NCBI RefSeq assembly: GCF_009834535.1
Contig: NC_045700.1
Location: 12,152,001 to 12,216,000 of the forward strand
DNA length: 64,000 bases
Direction of reading: 5' to 3'
Source of the DNA: Camelus ferus
Taxonomy: Eukaryota
Shown: positions 49,461 through 60,929 of the stretch, in pieces
How the letters are laid out: every line of letters starts with the position of its first letter
Position numbering within the stretch: the first letter of the stretch is position 1
The notes under the pieces: model-generated
Told to the model about the DNA's origin: nothing
The model's input: the letters and a program-made list of their open reading frames with translations, nothing else
The model's database searches: none
Position numbers and translations under genes: made by a program

Positions 49461-50279
49461 TAGGAGCCATGAATCAGGATAATGCCATTGCAAATATGCC
49501 TAGGTTCTATCTCTAGTTGGGAGCAGAAGGGTGTATTAGAAAAATGAAAACTCATTCTTCATAATATTAACTTCAGGGTCCAGGGTCATGCCATGCAGGA
49601 AATCTCTTCCAGTAATGTGTCTGTGTCTGCTATCCATGAACTTTTCCAAATATCTCAAATGGTTCCTTGTGGGTTTATGTTGTACTAAGTCACGAGGTAT
49701 TATTATAAAAATTTTCTTCCCCATTTGTGACTTAATATTTGCTTTATTTGTGGCAAATTACTCTTTTGAACTTCAAGGTTTTCTTCTCCCTCTACTGCAA
49801 TTCAGAGTTTTTAGTCTTGGTCCAGAGCTCCATCAGCTTGTGTTTTTTCCTCGATGAAAGATTCTGACACTTAGAACCCAGGTCTGGCTAGCGCTTTGCA
49901 CATGATAAACTTCCGTGTGGAAGCATTTATATTTTCACTTGACTGATTGGCTCACCTGTTCCTCAGCTTTGTTCTTCCATCTGCATGTTTATGATATGTT
50001 CTTGGGAGGACAAATGCAGTGACACTCAATGTGCTTTTTGGTATTCACAGTGTCTGAGGATAGGAGGATGGTTTCCTATTAATCCAGAAGCTTCTCTGTT
50101 GAGAATCTAGGTTAAACTAATGTTCCTGTGCCTGATACATTCCATACGACTATCATACGTGGTCTCACTGAATACTTTCAAAACACACGTGATTTAAAAA
50201 CAGTTCACCGTGGTAAACTATACTGCACAGTCAAATAACTTCATTTTTGTAATCTGTCTATAATGGGAAATAGAATGAG

Positions 50280-50430
50280 TCTTAGAAGCAGATAGACCAG
50301 GTCAAAATTCTGGTTCTGCCATTTATGAATTATGTGACTTTGATTAAAACATATTTCCTAGGCTTCAGCTTCATTTTCATACAGGTAGACTATCTCCAGG
50401 CTATGCCACTGTTATGCAGATTAAGTGACA
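50280..50430 (+). mobile_element. MIR
   Basis: gaccaggtcaaaattctggttctgccatttatg...ggcttcagcttc...gttatgcagattaagtgac. Confidence 0.7.
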
Positions 50431-51534
50431 AATGAAGACTTGGCAGAGGTGGGGACAGTTTCTCAGAATATGGTGCTTTGTTTCTTTGCTTCTTTTTCTT
50501 TTAAGCAAGAGTATCTATTTCAGAGTATGCTTTTCTGCAATCTGTTATTCTGTTCTGTCCCATCTTTTCTTGTCATTTTACTTCCAACTTAATTTCTTTA
50601 TAAATTTAGCATGACTTTGAAATGGCATGGTAGACTTTATCTTCTAGAACAATAATATCTCTACAGAACTAGCACTGATGACCTATTGCAATAATAATTT
50701 ACTTACTCAAAATTCAATTTTTATATTAACAGAATCCTATTAAATCAGAAGTGGCTAAAACAGAAAAATAGAGTAATCAGAATTCTGAAAACATTTTTGA
50801 AGGAAGAATGTTTTTATACTTGTGGGCTTGGAGGAAGGTGGGGGTAATGAGTGTGAACTCAAGTTAGAGATGTGGAAATCAATCATCCAACAAAAATGGA
50901 TACTGTTAATGGTAGACTGTGTTAAACAAACAGTTCATCAAAGTTGTTCAATGTTAGGATTTTTCTTCTTTATATCTGAACTCCTAGTTCCTGAAACAGA
51001 GCCCGGCATTTACCAGGTGCTCAGTAAAACTTTGTTGAGCTTGACTGAAATTTACATTTCTCTACAACAAACTCTTCTTAATATAACTTTGTTTTTTTAA
51101 GTTGATTACCATTCTTTTTTTAAAAAAATTAGGATTATCAGCAGATGAGGTCAGATATATTTTATATCATGTCTCTAATTATTTACTAATTCCACAGATG
51201 CTTAAGAATCAAAACTTTGAGTTCACATTCCTGGAGTAAACACACTGCCATTCCTACTTCCTTTGACCACAGATGAAATGCTTTCACTAACTCATCTTCA
51301 AAAAATACCCTGTGTTTTAAGCAATGGTGGATTTGGTTCAATGAGAAAAGTTGGTTGGTCAGACTTAAACTCAGTGGTTTGGTGAACTGATCCAGATGCC
51401 AGTGAGGAAAGAGAATTGGTCCTTGATATGTATCCTTGATTCTAGATTCATAGAAACCTTTGTGACAACAAAACAATTGCAGCGTCAGCAAGAGCAGTGA
51501 CAGCACTAACAGTGACCCATGACTTTATATCCAC

Positions 51535-51690
51535 ACGCACAGCTATGTGAACAGTTATGACAGGTAGGCTCTGTGCTAACTGCTTTGCATGCATTTTCTC
51601 ATTCAACCCTCTCAACAGTTCTTTAAGCTGGGTATGATTATGAGCTTGAATTAAAGATGAAAAAACTGAAGCTTAGCTAACACATCGCCA
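51535..51690 (-). mobile_element. MIR
   Basis: ctcattcaaccctctcaacag...aaagatgaaaaaactgaagcttag. Confidence 0.65.
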
Positions 51691-52513
51691 AACTTTTTAA
51701 AGATATCTTTGAATGCACTCCATTTCCATCATTTTCAGGAGTGGTAGTATTTCTAATAAATTTGGGCCAATGAGCTAACTATTTCATTTATTGTGTTGAT
51801 TGAAGTCTTAATTTAATTAATGACTACCTCTAGCTAATCAGCAATGGTTACAATGGGTAAGAGTGGGATGGGATTAAAGGATGGGTGTTGAGACTTCTGA
51901 AAATATTCATGAAAGCAGCCAAATGATCTAGAATTAGGGTCTGGTGTTAAGATGCTGTTAGGAAAGACAGGACATGATTAGAATATCAAAAACCTTAATG
52001 AAAGAGTTCTGTCAGGGCTGCAAGGACCTGTCTTGCCATCTTTCTGTGTTCAGTGCCTGGCCCAGTATCTGGAACTAAAGAAAAATTCAATACATCTTCA
52101 TGGTGCTAAATTGAATTTTATTAATTCCTCTATTAGAATCATCCCACTATATATAGAGTGGTTGCAGATTTGCAGTCATATACTCATTTGTGAAAAATGG
52201 AATTTATTTTATTTTCCTCCAATATCTTAATTTCTGTCTAGCGTCTCTATTCTGTCTCATAGCAAGATATTAAATTCAGTTACTTCCAAGAATAATCAGT
52301 CAAATTCAGTGATTTCTCCTTAGTTATTTCAGAGTGAAAAATTTCTCAGATATATTATTTTCTCTCTTCTGCTCTCTTGGGTTTATTTTTTCACATGTCT
52401 GATGGGGTGACGGCATCATTTATACGCACCCAAATATAAAGCAGATATTTTTCCTCCAAACTTCTACTGCAGAAAAGAGGAAGTTATCTTATTTTGCATC
52501 ATTCAAAAGTTAT

Positions 52514-52709
52514 CTTTTTTTAATTGAAGTATAGTCAGTTACAATGTGTCAATTTCTGACATATAGCCTAATGTCCTAGTCATACATATACATACATATA
52601 TTCATTTTCATATTCTTTTTCATTAAAGGTTATTACAAGATATTGAATATAGTTCTTTGTGCTATACAGAAGAGATTTGTTTTATTATCTACTTTTATAT
52701 CTAGTAGTT
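52514..52709 (-). mobile_element. Young L1 3' end
   Basis: Poly-T plus antisense 3' terminus; TSD attcaaaagttat (52501-52513) versus aatcaaatgttat (52710-52722), 11/13 match. Confidence 0.9.
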
Positions 52710-54129
52710 AATCAAATGTTATATTTGTATTATAATTTATTGCCCCCTCTCTGTCTCTTCCTCTTTCTCTCCCCTACTCTCTCTCTTCTATCTTGAACAG
52801 CATAGCACTAAGTAGGCAGTCGGCTAGACATACAGTGTGACTGAGTAAACATATAAGCCTGAAATTAAAAATTTGGGGTGTTTATGGACGTCACCTACCC
52901 AACAGAGTTGGTAAAGAAATAGGCAAATTAATTTAATATAAATTTATCTTAGTTTCCTGGGAGGGTATATTACCTTATAATTGTAAGTTAGTGGTTATAA
53001 TACAAGTAAGCTTTTAAAAATATCTTTGAAAATCAACAGCTTAAATGACTATGTTGAAGAGACCAAAAATTTATTCCAATTGCAATGAGAAAAGAAAAGC
53101 AACTAATCTAAACGTTGGCAGAAGGATACTCGGAACTTTGAGTAAAATTTTATCTCCAGTAACAGAATGTTTCACAAGCTTCAAAACTTGTGCTTCAGAC
53201 AACTTGATGGAAGGGAAGGTGGTGTGCTCTGGAACACAATATTAGATTCCTCAAAAAATGGTGACAGGCAACCAGAGTTCATCCCTCCTGCCAAAGGTGT
53301 GTGTCAAGAATATGAAGAAATTGTTTCATGATCTAGAAGAATAAAATATTACTATATGTGATTTTAAATATGCATGTGTAATTCATGAATTAAATATTAC
53401 TCGAAGTGGATATTTGATGATTTCTTCTTTTCTTCCATAAAACTTTATTTATTTGGCCAAAATGCATTTAAAAGATGATCTCTTTGGGGAAATAAGGAAA
53501 TTTCTTCCTTATTGGGATCGCCTTGTTTCTGGGCACATGCAATGCTTCTTAGGTGCTGATATACTATGTACTGACAGCCTACTGAGAAGTCAGATTAGCG
53601 AGTTGGGCTTCTGGCTGTTGCTACTCTTCATGTGAGCATCTGCTAAGACCTCTGTCCCTCTGTCCTCTAAACACCTGGTCCAGATGGGCATCCTCAGCAA
53701 ACTTCTCTAAATATCCCTTTTCATGTTCTGATCCTCTCTGCTAACTTCTGCATCCCAACTGGGTGAACTTCAGACTGGTTTCCAAAGTTGCTGCTCGGCC
53801 ACAGAAGGTTACTTGTCTGGTGATGGAAGTTGTCTCTGAGATGAAGTGCCTTCTCAGAGCTCAATGTGAAAAACAAGGTGTAAGCCTTCTTTTGCATCAG
53901 AATCTCCAATTGATGTGGAGCTTTGATACTGTTCCCCTCATACTTTCAGTCTGAGGGAGGGGCAAGTTCCAATCAGCTCTGTCCTCATCCATCAAACTCT
54001 AGCTTCCTCAGTTAACTCCCCTCCCTTCTCCCTGGTCAATAAAAACACTTATCTTTTTTGATGCAGGCTCTTTTTAGTCCCTCTTACTACTTTCTGAAAT
54101 CTAAGTCTCATTCTTAGCGCTCTAAACAA

Positions 54130-54770
54130 GGACTTACAACATATACATGATTTCTGGTGTGCTGTGAACAGAAGTACACCTGTGCTTGCAAAGAAAATGA
54201 AAACAACTTATTTAAGCCTCTATAGCTAACTACCAGTTTCCAGACCTTACTGGGGAAAGAGGAACCAGTTAAAGAGACCACAGAGAAGAACCAGCCACAT
54301 CCAGCTTGTGATCAATGTTCTGAGACAGATGACCCATTTTTTTTTCAACAAATAGATGACTTAAAAGGAAAAGAATATGAAAAGAGACTCAAGAGAAAAC
54401 TGAATGCACTATGTGAGCCATGTTTGAATCCTGAATTAAACAAACCAAGTTAAAACAAAGTTTTTGAGACAAGCAGGCAAATTTGCCTGTGAATTAGGTA
54501 TTATGAAATAGTAAGACATTGCTATTAAATTTTAGGTGCATTTATGGCATTATATTTATATCAGCAGTCAATGATCAATAACAACAATGAAAACACTATG
54601 TGAAAATATTTCCAGAAGAAATATATATCTAGGATTTGCTTTAAAATAATGAGGCAAAAAAGTTTCAGAAAAAAATGATATAAAATGAGCAAATGTGTCA
54701 AGATGCTGAAGCTGGATAAAGTCTACACGACAATCACTTTTGTAAAGATTTAGATACTCTCATAGTGACA
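54130..54770 (+). mobile_element. Old L1MC4/L1ME 3' UTR
   Basis: ttcaacaaatag...gaatgcactatgtgagcc...gaatcctgaattaaacaaacc...ttttaggtg. Confidence 0.6.
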
Positions 54771-55287
54771 ATTTGAAGCAATACAACCTAGAACCCAAGA
54801 ATCTGACAGCGATGTAACGATTCTAGATTTAGTCCTGACAACCCCACCCCCAGCATGATGACCAGCGCTGTGTGCCAACAGGGTCTCTGGGGTTAAGGAT
54901 GCAGGAACACAAAGATAGTGATGTCAAGTCTTTTTCCCACGGTACGTGCTTTTTAAAAATGCTTTTCAATGAAAAATGAAACAGACTTGAGCATTCATTC
55001 TTTGTCGCCTGAACAAATATGCTCTCTCACACCACCGCTACATGGTCTACCGACTGTGTGTAGAGGCGCTCGTGATTAATTTCATCAGCATTGATTTAAA
55101 AAGTTTTATCAGATTAAGACAGTTATTTGGTCACCATCAATGCTCTCAAGTAACCAACTGTCAAATATAACTAAAATCATGGGAAAACTCACAACTCTTT
55201 AATTTTAAAATAGAATTCTCATACTTGAAAAGTTTGGGATCTATTTATGGAGACAAAGGCAACCAACAGAGTTTTGTTTTGTTTTGT

Positions 55288-55313
55288 CCCCCCCCCCCCC
55301 CCCACACACACAC
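55288..55313. repeat. C16 run plus short (CA)n
   Basis: Directly visible. Confidence 0.85.
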
Positions 55314-57889
55314 CATTTCTGCCTTAGGAGTTTTGACCCTGAGATAAAGAGAACTTCAGAAACAGATGTCATCTTTCTGGCTGGGGTCTGCAACGACCTT
55401 CCATGCTCTGGGACTAGGCCTGTTAGCCTTTCTGTTTGCTTTTCTGCACTGAAGGCAGCCAGCTTGAAGGGCCTCATTGGTGTTCTTTGACCTGCTGGTG
55501 GCCAGACCTGAACTCCAGAGGACTGAGAGGGTGTTCTTTGAATTTGAGGATAATCCCACTGATGGTGCTGCTTCAGTAAGAAGCTTTGTGTGACCAACGC
55601 TTTGAACCTTTTTTCCTGGTTTTGCCCCTTGGCCATTCTTAGAAGCAACTTCCTTCCCATTGTTCTCTGTGGAATGCCAGATGAATGTGCTCAAGAGAAC
55701 ATCTCTTCTCGGATGGGTTTCCTTCCATGGCTCAAGCTCCAGTTCACGAGTGGGTCTTCATGGGGTGATTTCTTGTCCGCACGTGTGCATGTGCCCGTGT
55801 GGCTTCTTTGCCATCGGGTGCCTATTTAAACATCAAACACCACAAATCTGGCCACTCCGGAAACAATCAGTTTGGAGCTTCAGGAAGAGTGAGGGAGGGG
55901 ATTCAGAATTCACTGCAAACAGGTTAGAAAAGCATCAAATTAAGACTCACATCCTGTTTCTATTTTTAATTTCTCCATTATTTTTTGTGTGACTTAAGAT
56001 AAATCTACCCTCACCCAAAAAGAAATAAAATAAAAATAAAATTTAAAAAGTAAAATCAGGTAAATTAAAGTGAAATAAACTAATACATGCACACTGACTA
56101 GTCCCTCTATTAGAAATAAATGTTGGATGAGGAGCTTAAAATCAAATCAAAGCAAAATAAAAACATGAAATGAGAGGCGTGAATGTGATATAATTTTATA
56201 GGTAGGAATTATTTGAAGGAAGAAAAACTTCTTCATGAGAATTGTCTCTATAATCATACAAGGCTATGAATCCAGGGCATACTTGACATTGGCTGAAAAG
56301 GTCAGTCATTCAGTTCGCGACAGTAACACTTGTTTGTTGACACTTAGAGCTTCATCCTAAAGACAAAAGCTAAGATTTTTTTAAAAAATTACAATTAAGT
56401 GTGCCTAATATTTAGCTGGGTTTGATATTTCTCTATGCTTTCTCATTCGCAGCAATTTCGTGTCCTGACTAACAACAAGAACCGTTTCTGGGTTATACAT
56501 GGAGAAAGAAAACTGTAAAAGCTTGTTTTCATGCGACAGGACTTTGCTACTTTCATGAGCTGCGTTTGATCCTGTATCTATATGTATTATAAAGTGATGA
56601 TTCAAGGGGAAGTGAATTGGCTTGATTAAAGGCACAGAGAATCGGAAATTCTCTCCCTTTGCATTTCAGATTTGGACTGGAGGGCCCTCGGTTCTGATAG
56701 ATTTACTTTGCTCCTTTCACTTTCTCATTCTGTGTGCACAGTACAGCGGTTCCCGCAGTGGACTGCGTGGACCTGCCTGCTTTTTTTTTTTTTTTTTGTC
56801 TCTGGCTCCATGAACACTTCATTAGGGCTGCCTACTGCCTTTGATTTAGTGCTTTGATATTTAGTTACCATGGTTTTGAAATCATTTCTGACAACTGCCT
56901 TTCTTTGTGTCTTCCCATTCTGTGTCCTCTCTGGACTGCCCAAATTGATGTAATCGTAATTAAACCAAGACTTTCATAACCAGGGAATACCCGGGTGCTC
57001 TAACATTCACCCTTCGCCCAAAGGGCACGCCAAGCTCCACTGGCACTGGAGTTCGGTAAGCTCTGTGGTTCCCACAGTTTTGATCCCCTGATGCCAGGTC
57101 TCTGATGCAGAAAGCGTCAGCCTCCAGGGATGATGGTAATCAACTCCGAAGCACCAGGCGGCTGCTCTATGCAGTGGATTTAATTCACATTGCATAGTAA
57201 TGCTCATAAGATGAGGTCCCCGGGGATATGTTACGATGCAGGCCTTTTCACAGAGGCTTATTGCTTTTCTCATCAGCTTCTAAGGCTGCTTATAAATTCT
57301 GCACGGACTCCTCTTTCCCCACAGGATAGCATTTGCATAAAAAACAAGCCACTGAATAAACAAGACTTCACCAACTATCATTCCTTTTAGCCATCACACG
57401 TGGAAGTTTGACGGGTGAACATTTAGATGCAATTTGCATACTGTGCAATTCACATATTGCGTGTACCTGAGTTCATGGCTCTGTCTGCTGAGCTGCCTCA
57501 CAAGCTCATGGCTTTTCTCCTGCCCAAGAGGAAGCCCTGGCCCTGAAAAGAGAATTGAAGTGACGATAAATAGTGCCTCTTCCTCGTATCTCCTCAGTGC
57601 TGGGTAATGATTTTCTATACCTGCTCCCAATGGTGCCGTTGCTTTATTCAACACTCTTGGATGTTACTGGCCGTGGCTAATTGTGGTTAAATGTTGCAGA
57701 AAGAAACCAGCGCCAAGCTAAGTGTGTTCTGCCCGTTTTCTTACCAACGGGCACTGTGAATCCCTTGTGAAACAAATGGCTTCCCATGGGATGCCATTTC
57801 CAAAGGAACCAGGAATTCTCTCCCCCCTAAATACTGATTCTACCCGTTCCCTTGAAACTGCATTTCACAAGGCCAGAGGAAGTGTGGGT

Positions 57890-57990
57890 AAAACATTTTA
57901 GATGGCTTTGGAATTACACAGACTTGGATTCAAATACCACTTTAATTATCTCCTGATTAGATGTAGAAATTTAGAAAGATCTTAGATTTA
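57890..57990 (+). mobile_element. MIR fragment
   Basis: ttggaattacacagacttggattcaaataccactt. Confidence 0.5.
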
Positions 57991-58009
57991 TTTCTCTAAC
58001 CTGGTGTGA

Positions 58010-58800
58010 TAAATTTTTTAATTTTGATTTATTTAGTTTGATTTAAAAATTACAAATGAAAAGCACAGCTGTTGTAAGAAGTCTTAGCCCTGTAAATAGT
58101 CACAAAGACAGTAAATGACAGTGACTCCAACAACCCTTTTCATCTCGGTCTCCACTCCAAATACATTCGTGAATGTAGCCAATGTTGTCTGTGTGGTGTC
58201 TAGCTTTCTTGTGCTTCTAAGCTTACACATACATATGAAAAATCATACATAGGTATTTTATTTATCTCTTCTTTTTTTTTTGACAAAATTGTATCATAGA
58301 TCATATCAACAGGGACTGTACACATTTTTTCCCACTTTTAACTTAACTTTTGTAGCCTTCCCAAGAATACTTCTGTTTTAATGGCTCTAAAATATTGAAA
58401 AATCTAGATGTTCTGTAATTTATCTGAATACAACTTTATTTGTGGAAAATCAGATTTCCCCCTCTTTAAACACTAAAAACTGTGCTGAAACAAATGTTTT
58501 TATAGTTACATTCTTAAGTATTGGGACTTTTTTTAGAACAGTAAAATTTAAAAAGTACAAATACTGAGTTCAAAGATTGTGAGCATTTTAATATTTCTGT
58601 TTCTTGCCAGATAATCTTCCAAAAATTGGTCTTGATCTACATACCCATCAGCAGTGTATGAGAGATTCCATTTCCCCACATGCTTGTCGACTTCAGCTGT
58701 TATCAATCTTTTTAATTTTTGCCAGTTTTGGGTGGTTAAAAATAGAATCTTGTCTAATAAGCCAGGTAGTGTTTGATCAATATAGTAATTACATTTCTAA
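58010..58800 (-). mobile_element. Old L1ME 3' fragment
   Basis: catacccatcagcagtgtatgagagattccatttccccacatgcttg. Confidence 0.65.
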
Positions 58801-59287
58801 ATAGAATCTATCAGTAGATGGCTGATATTTATAATCCCAATGGTCTCAGATCCTAAGATACTGTGACAAATGGTAGAAAGAAATTAGTTCATTTTATTAT
58901 ACTTCTGTTCAATTTAAAATCTGTGTTTTACAGAAGCCAGTTATAAAGCAAGCATGGGGATGCCTTTTGAAATGTCTTATCTAAATATTGGTAACATGCA
59001 CTTGGAAATCAGTATGATTTATGTTTAAGGAAAATTCAGATTTTTTGCATCATTAACATACTAATGTGAAAGCATAAGTTCTTAAACTTTCTGGAGAAGA
59101 CATTTATCTTAATTGTTTCGAGCTGCTAGACCCTTACCCTGGATCTCCCAAAGCATACTTAACTACTGTCCAAAAAGGTCCAGCCTAGTGTGTTATGTGA
59201 GGGTACATGTGTGTTGGAGAAGAGGTTATCTACAGAGTGTGTATGCAAAATATTATACCTGTGTATGTCTATCTATCTACCTATCTG

Positions 59288-59309
59288 GTGTGTGTGTGTG
59301 TGTGTGTGT
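59288..59309. repeat. (GT)11 microsatellite with AT-rich flank
   Basis: Directly visible. Confidence 0.9.
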
Positions 59310-59863
59310 ATAATGTGTACATATGTATATAATATGTAAATATGTACAATAACTTTATACTTAAATAAATACAGTATAACATAATAAAATATATGACATG
59401 ATATAGTATTATGTTTTTATGGCTTAGTTCTGAAGAAACTTTATTCCCTTTAAATTCTCCCCAGAAAGTTCTGAAAATTCCCCAAGGCGTGTCTCCTCTA
59501 TGCTTTATGGACCCACCGCTTTGATGATTCCATGGCACAAACTGTTCTTCCCATTTCTTGCTCGGGCTTGCTGTGGTGGCATCTACCAAAGCTATGACAC
59601 CTAATGCCACAGTTATGGAGTTAATACCGCCAAAGGTGCCACTGTCGCCCTTGCCTTCCAAGGATAGCCACAGCTGCGTCTGCTGTTCACCCCTTTCTGG
59701 AGCAAAGTTCTCCCTTCTCAGCATGGAATGTGCAAACGCATGTGACATATACACTTCCTCCCATCACGGCTTGTCCAGGCAGATGTTCCTGCCGAAGATT
59801 TTGGCACAAACTCTTTCTGAAACAGTTCTTTTTATATATCATCATTCTTCACTGAATACTCTT

Positions 59864-60034
59864 TTAAAAATTGTTTTTAATTTTATTTGATCTTTATGGG
59901 AGTATAATCAGTTTACAATGTGTCAAAAATAATGCCATTTGCAGCAACGTGTATGGACCTGGAGATCGTCATTCTAAGTGAAGTAAGCCAGAAAGAGAAA
60001 GAAAAATACCATATGATACCACTCATGTGTGGAA
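59864..60034 (-). mobile_element. 171-bp young L1 insertion with 5' inversion (twin priming)
   Basis: Antisense 3' terminus 59864-59926 joined to sense-orientation upstream L1 segment 59926-60034; perfect 16-bp TSD ttcactgaatactctt at 59848-59863 and 60035-60050. Confidence 0.93.
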
Positions 60035-60929
60035 TTCACTGAATACTCTTGATCTCAGGCATGTGTCCCAGGGCTGGGCCAGTAGATAATGGAAAGGACC
60101 AGCACTGCTAGGTTCACAATTACTGATTCTCTCTTCTGCAGGCCCATGGTTCTTGGACCATGCTTAAACCTGGTTTCTTCTTCCCTCACAGATGAGTCTT
60201 TTCTCGAGTGCTTATAATCTATTATGTAACTAGAGTCTTAAAAGACTTACCCTACAAGTATCCCAAACATAGACAGAGATAGCTGAATCCTGAGATGGAA
60301 AAACTTAAACCTCGAGCTGGGATCCTGTTACAAATATATTTGTGACACAGTTTCTGTCATAAAAGAGACTTTGTGAGACAAAACAAGTGGCAAAACTCAG
60401 ATGCAGAGAGAGGGAGAGTGCTTGCTGCTGTCATAAAGAAAACTTGAGGGGTGTTTTAACATAAACCAGGTAGAGCCTTTTTTCACCTATATTTCAAAAG
60501 GGGAGGCGGGGCTCCAGCAGCTTGTAAAAATGAAAAACGTTAGTAGGGTGAACTCAGGTAACATAGTAACGTAGTAACTATCCTCAAATCCAGAAAACGT
60601 CTTGTAAGAGTAGAGGCTGGGATATCAGCTGAGCCACAAATGTATTAGGGACCTTGAGCCATTATCTGATCGACTCAAGTTCACATCATCCTGGATGTAT
60701 AGTGTGATTAGAAAGATGGAGTGATATGCAGCTGAGGATTCCAAAACAAACACACAAAAACAAAACAAAAAGACGTATGGACTTAGAGGATAAATGCTAC
60801 TTAAAATATAAAGACTGCAGCAAGAAAAGTCCTGACCACTGCAGGAGAGCCTCATTAGGCTGTTTATGCACATACTGGCTTCCCTCTCCTGGCTAGTTCA
60901 ATACAGTTAGAAACAAGTAGAAAAATAAA

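Noticed and set aside
53491-53513. Perfect 9-bp hairpin aataaggaa-atttc-ttccttatt
   Set aside because: A few hairpins of this size are expected by chance in 64 kb of AT-rich DNA.
54800-57900. Possible CpG island or major promoter
   Set aside because: CpGs are only mildly enriched and GC is moderate; it does not look like an island.
59281-59890. Overlapping 157-aa and 110-aa ORFs
   Set aside because: They run into a (GT)n/AT-rich tract and the L1 insertion, and have no splice context or homology that I recognise.
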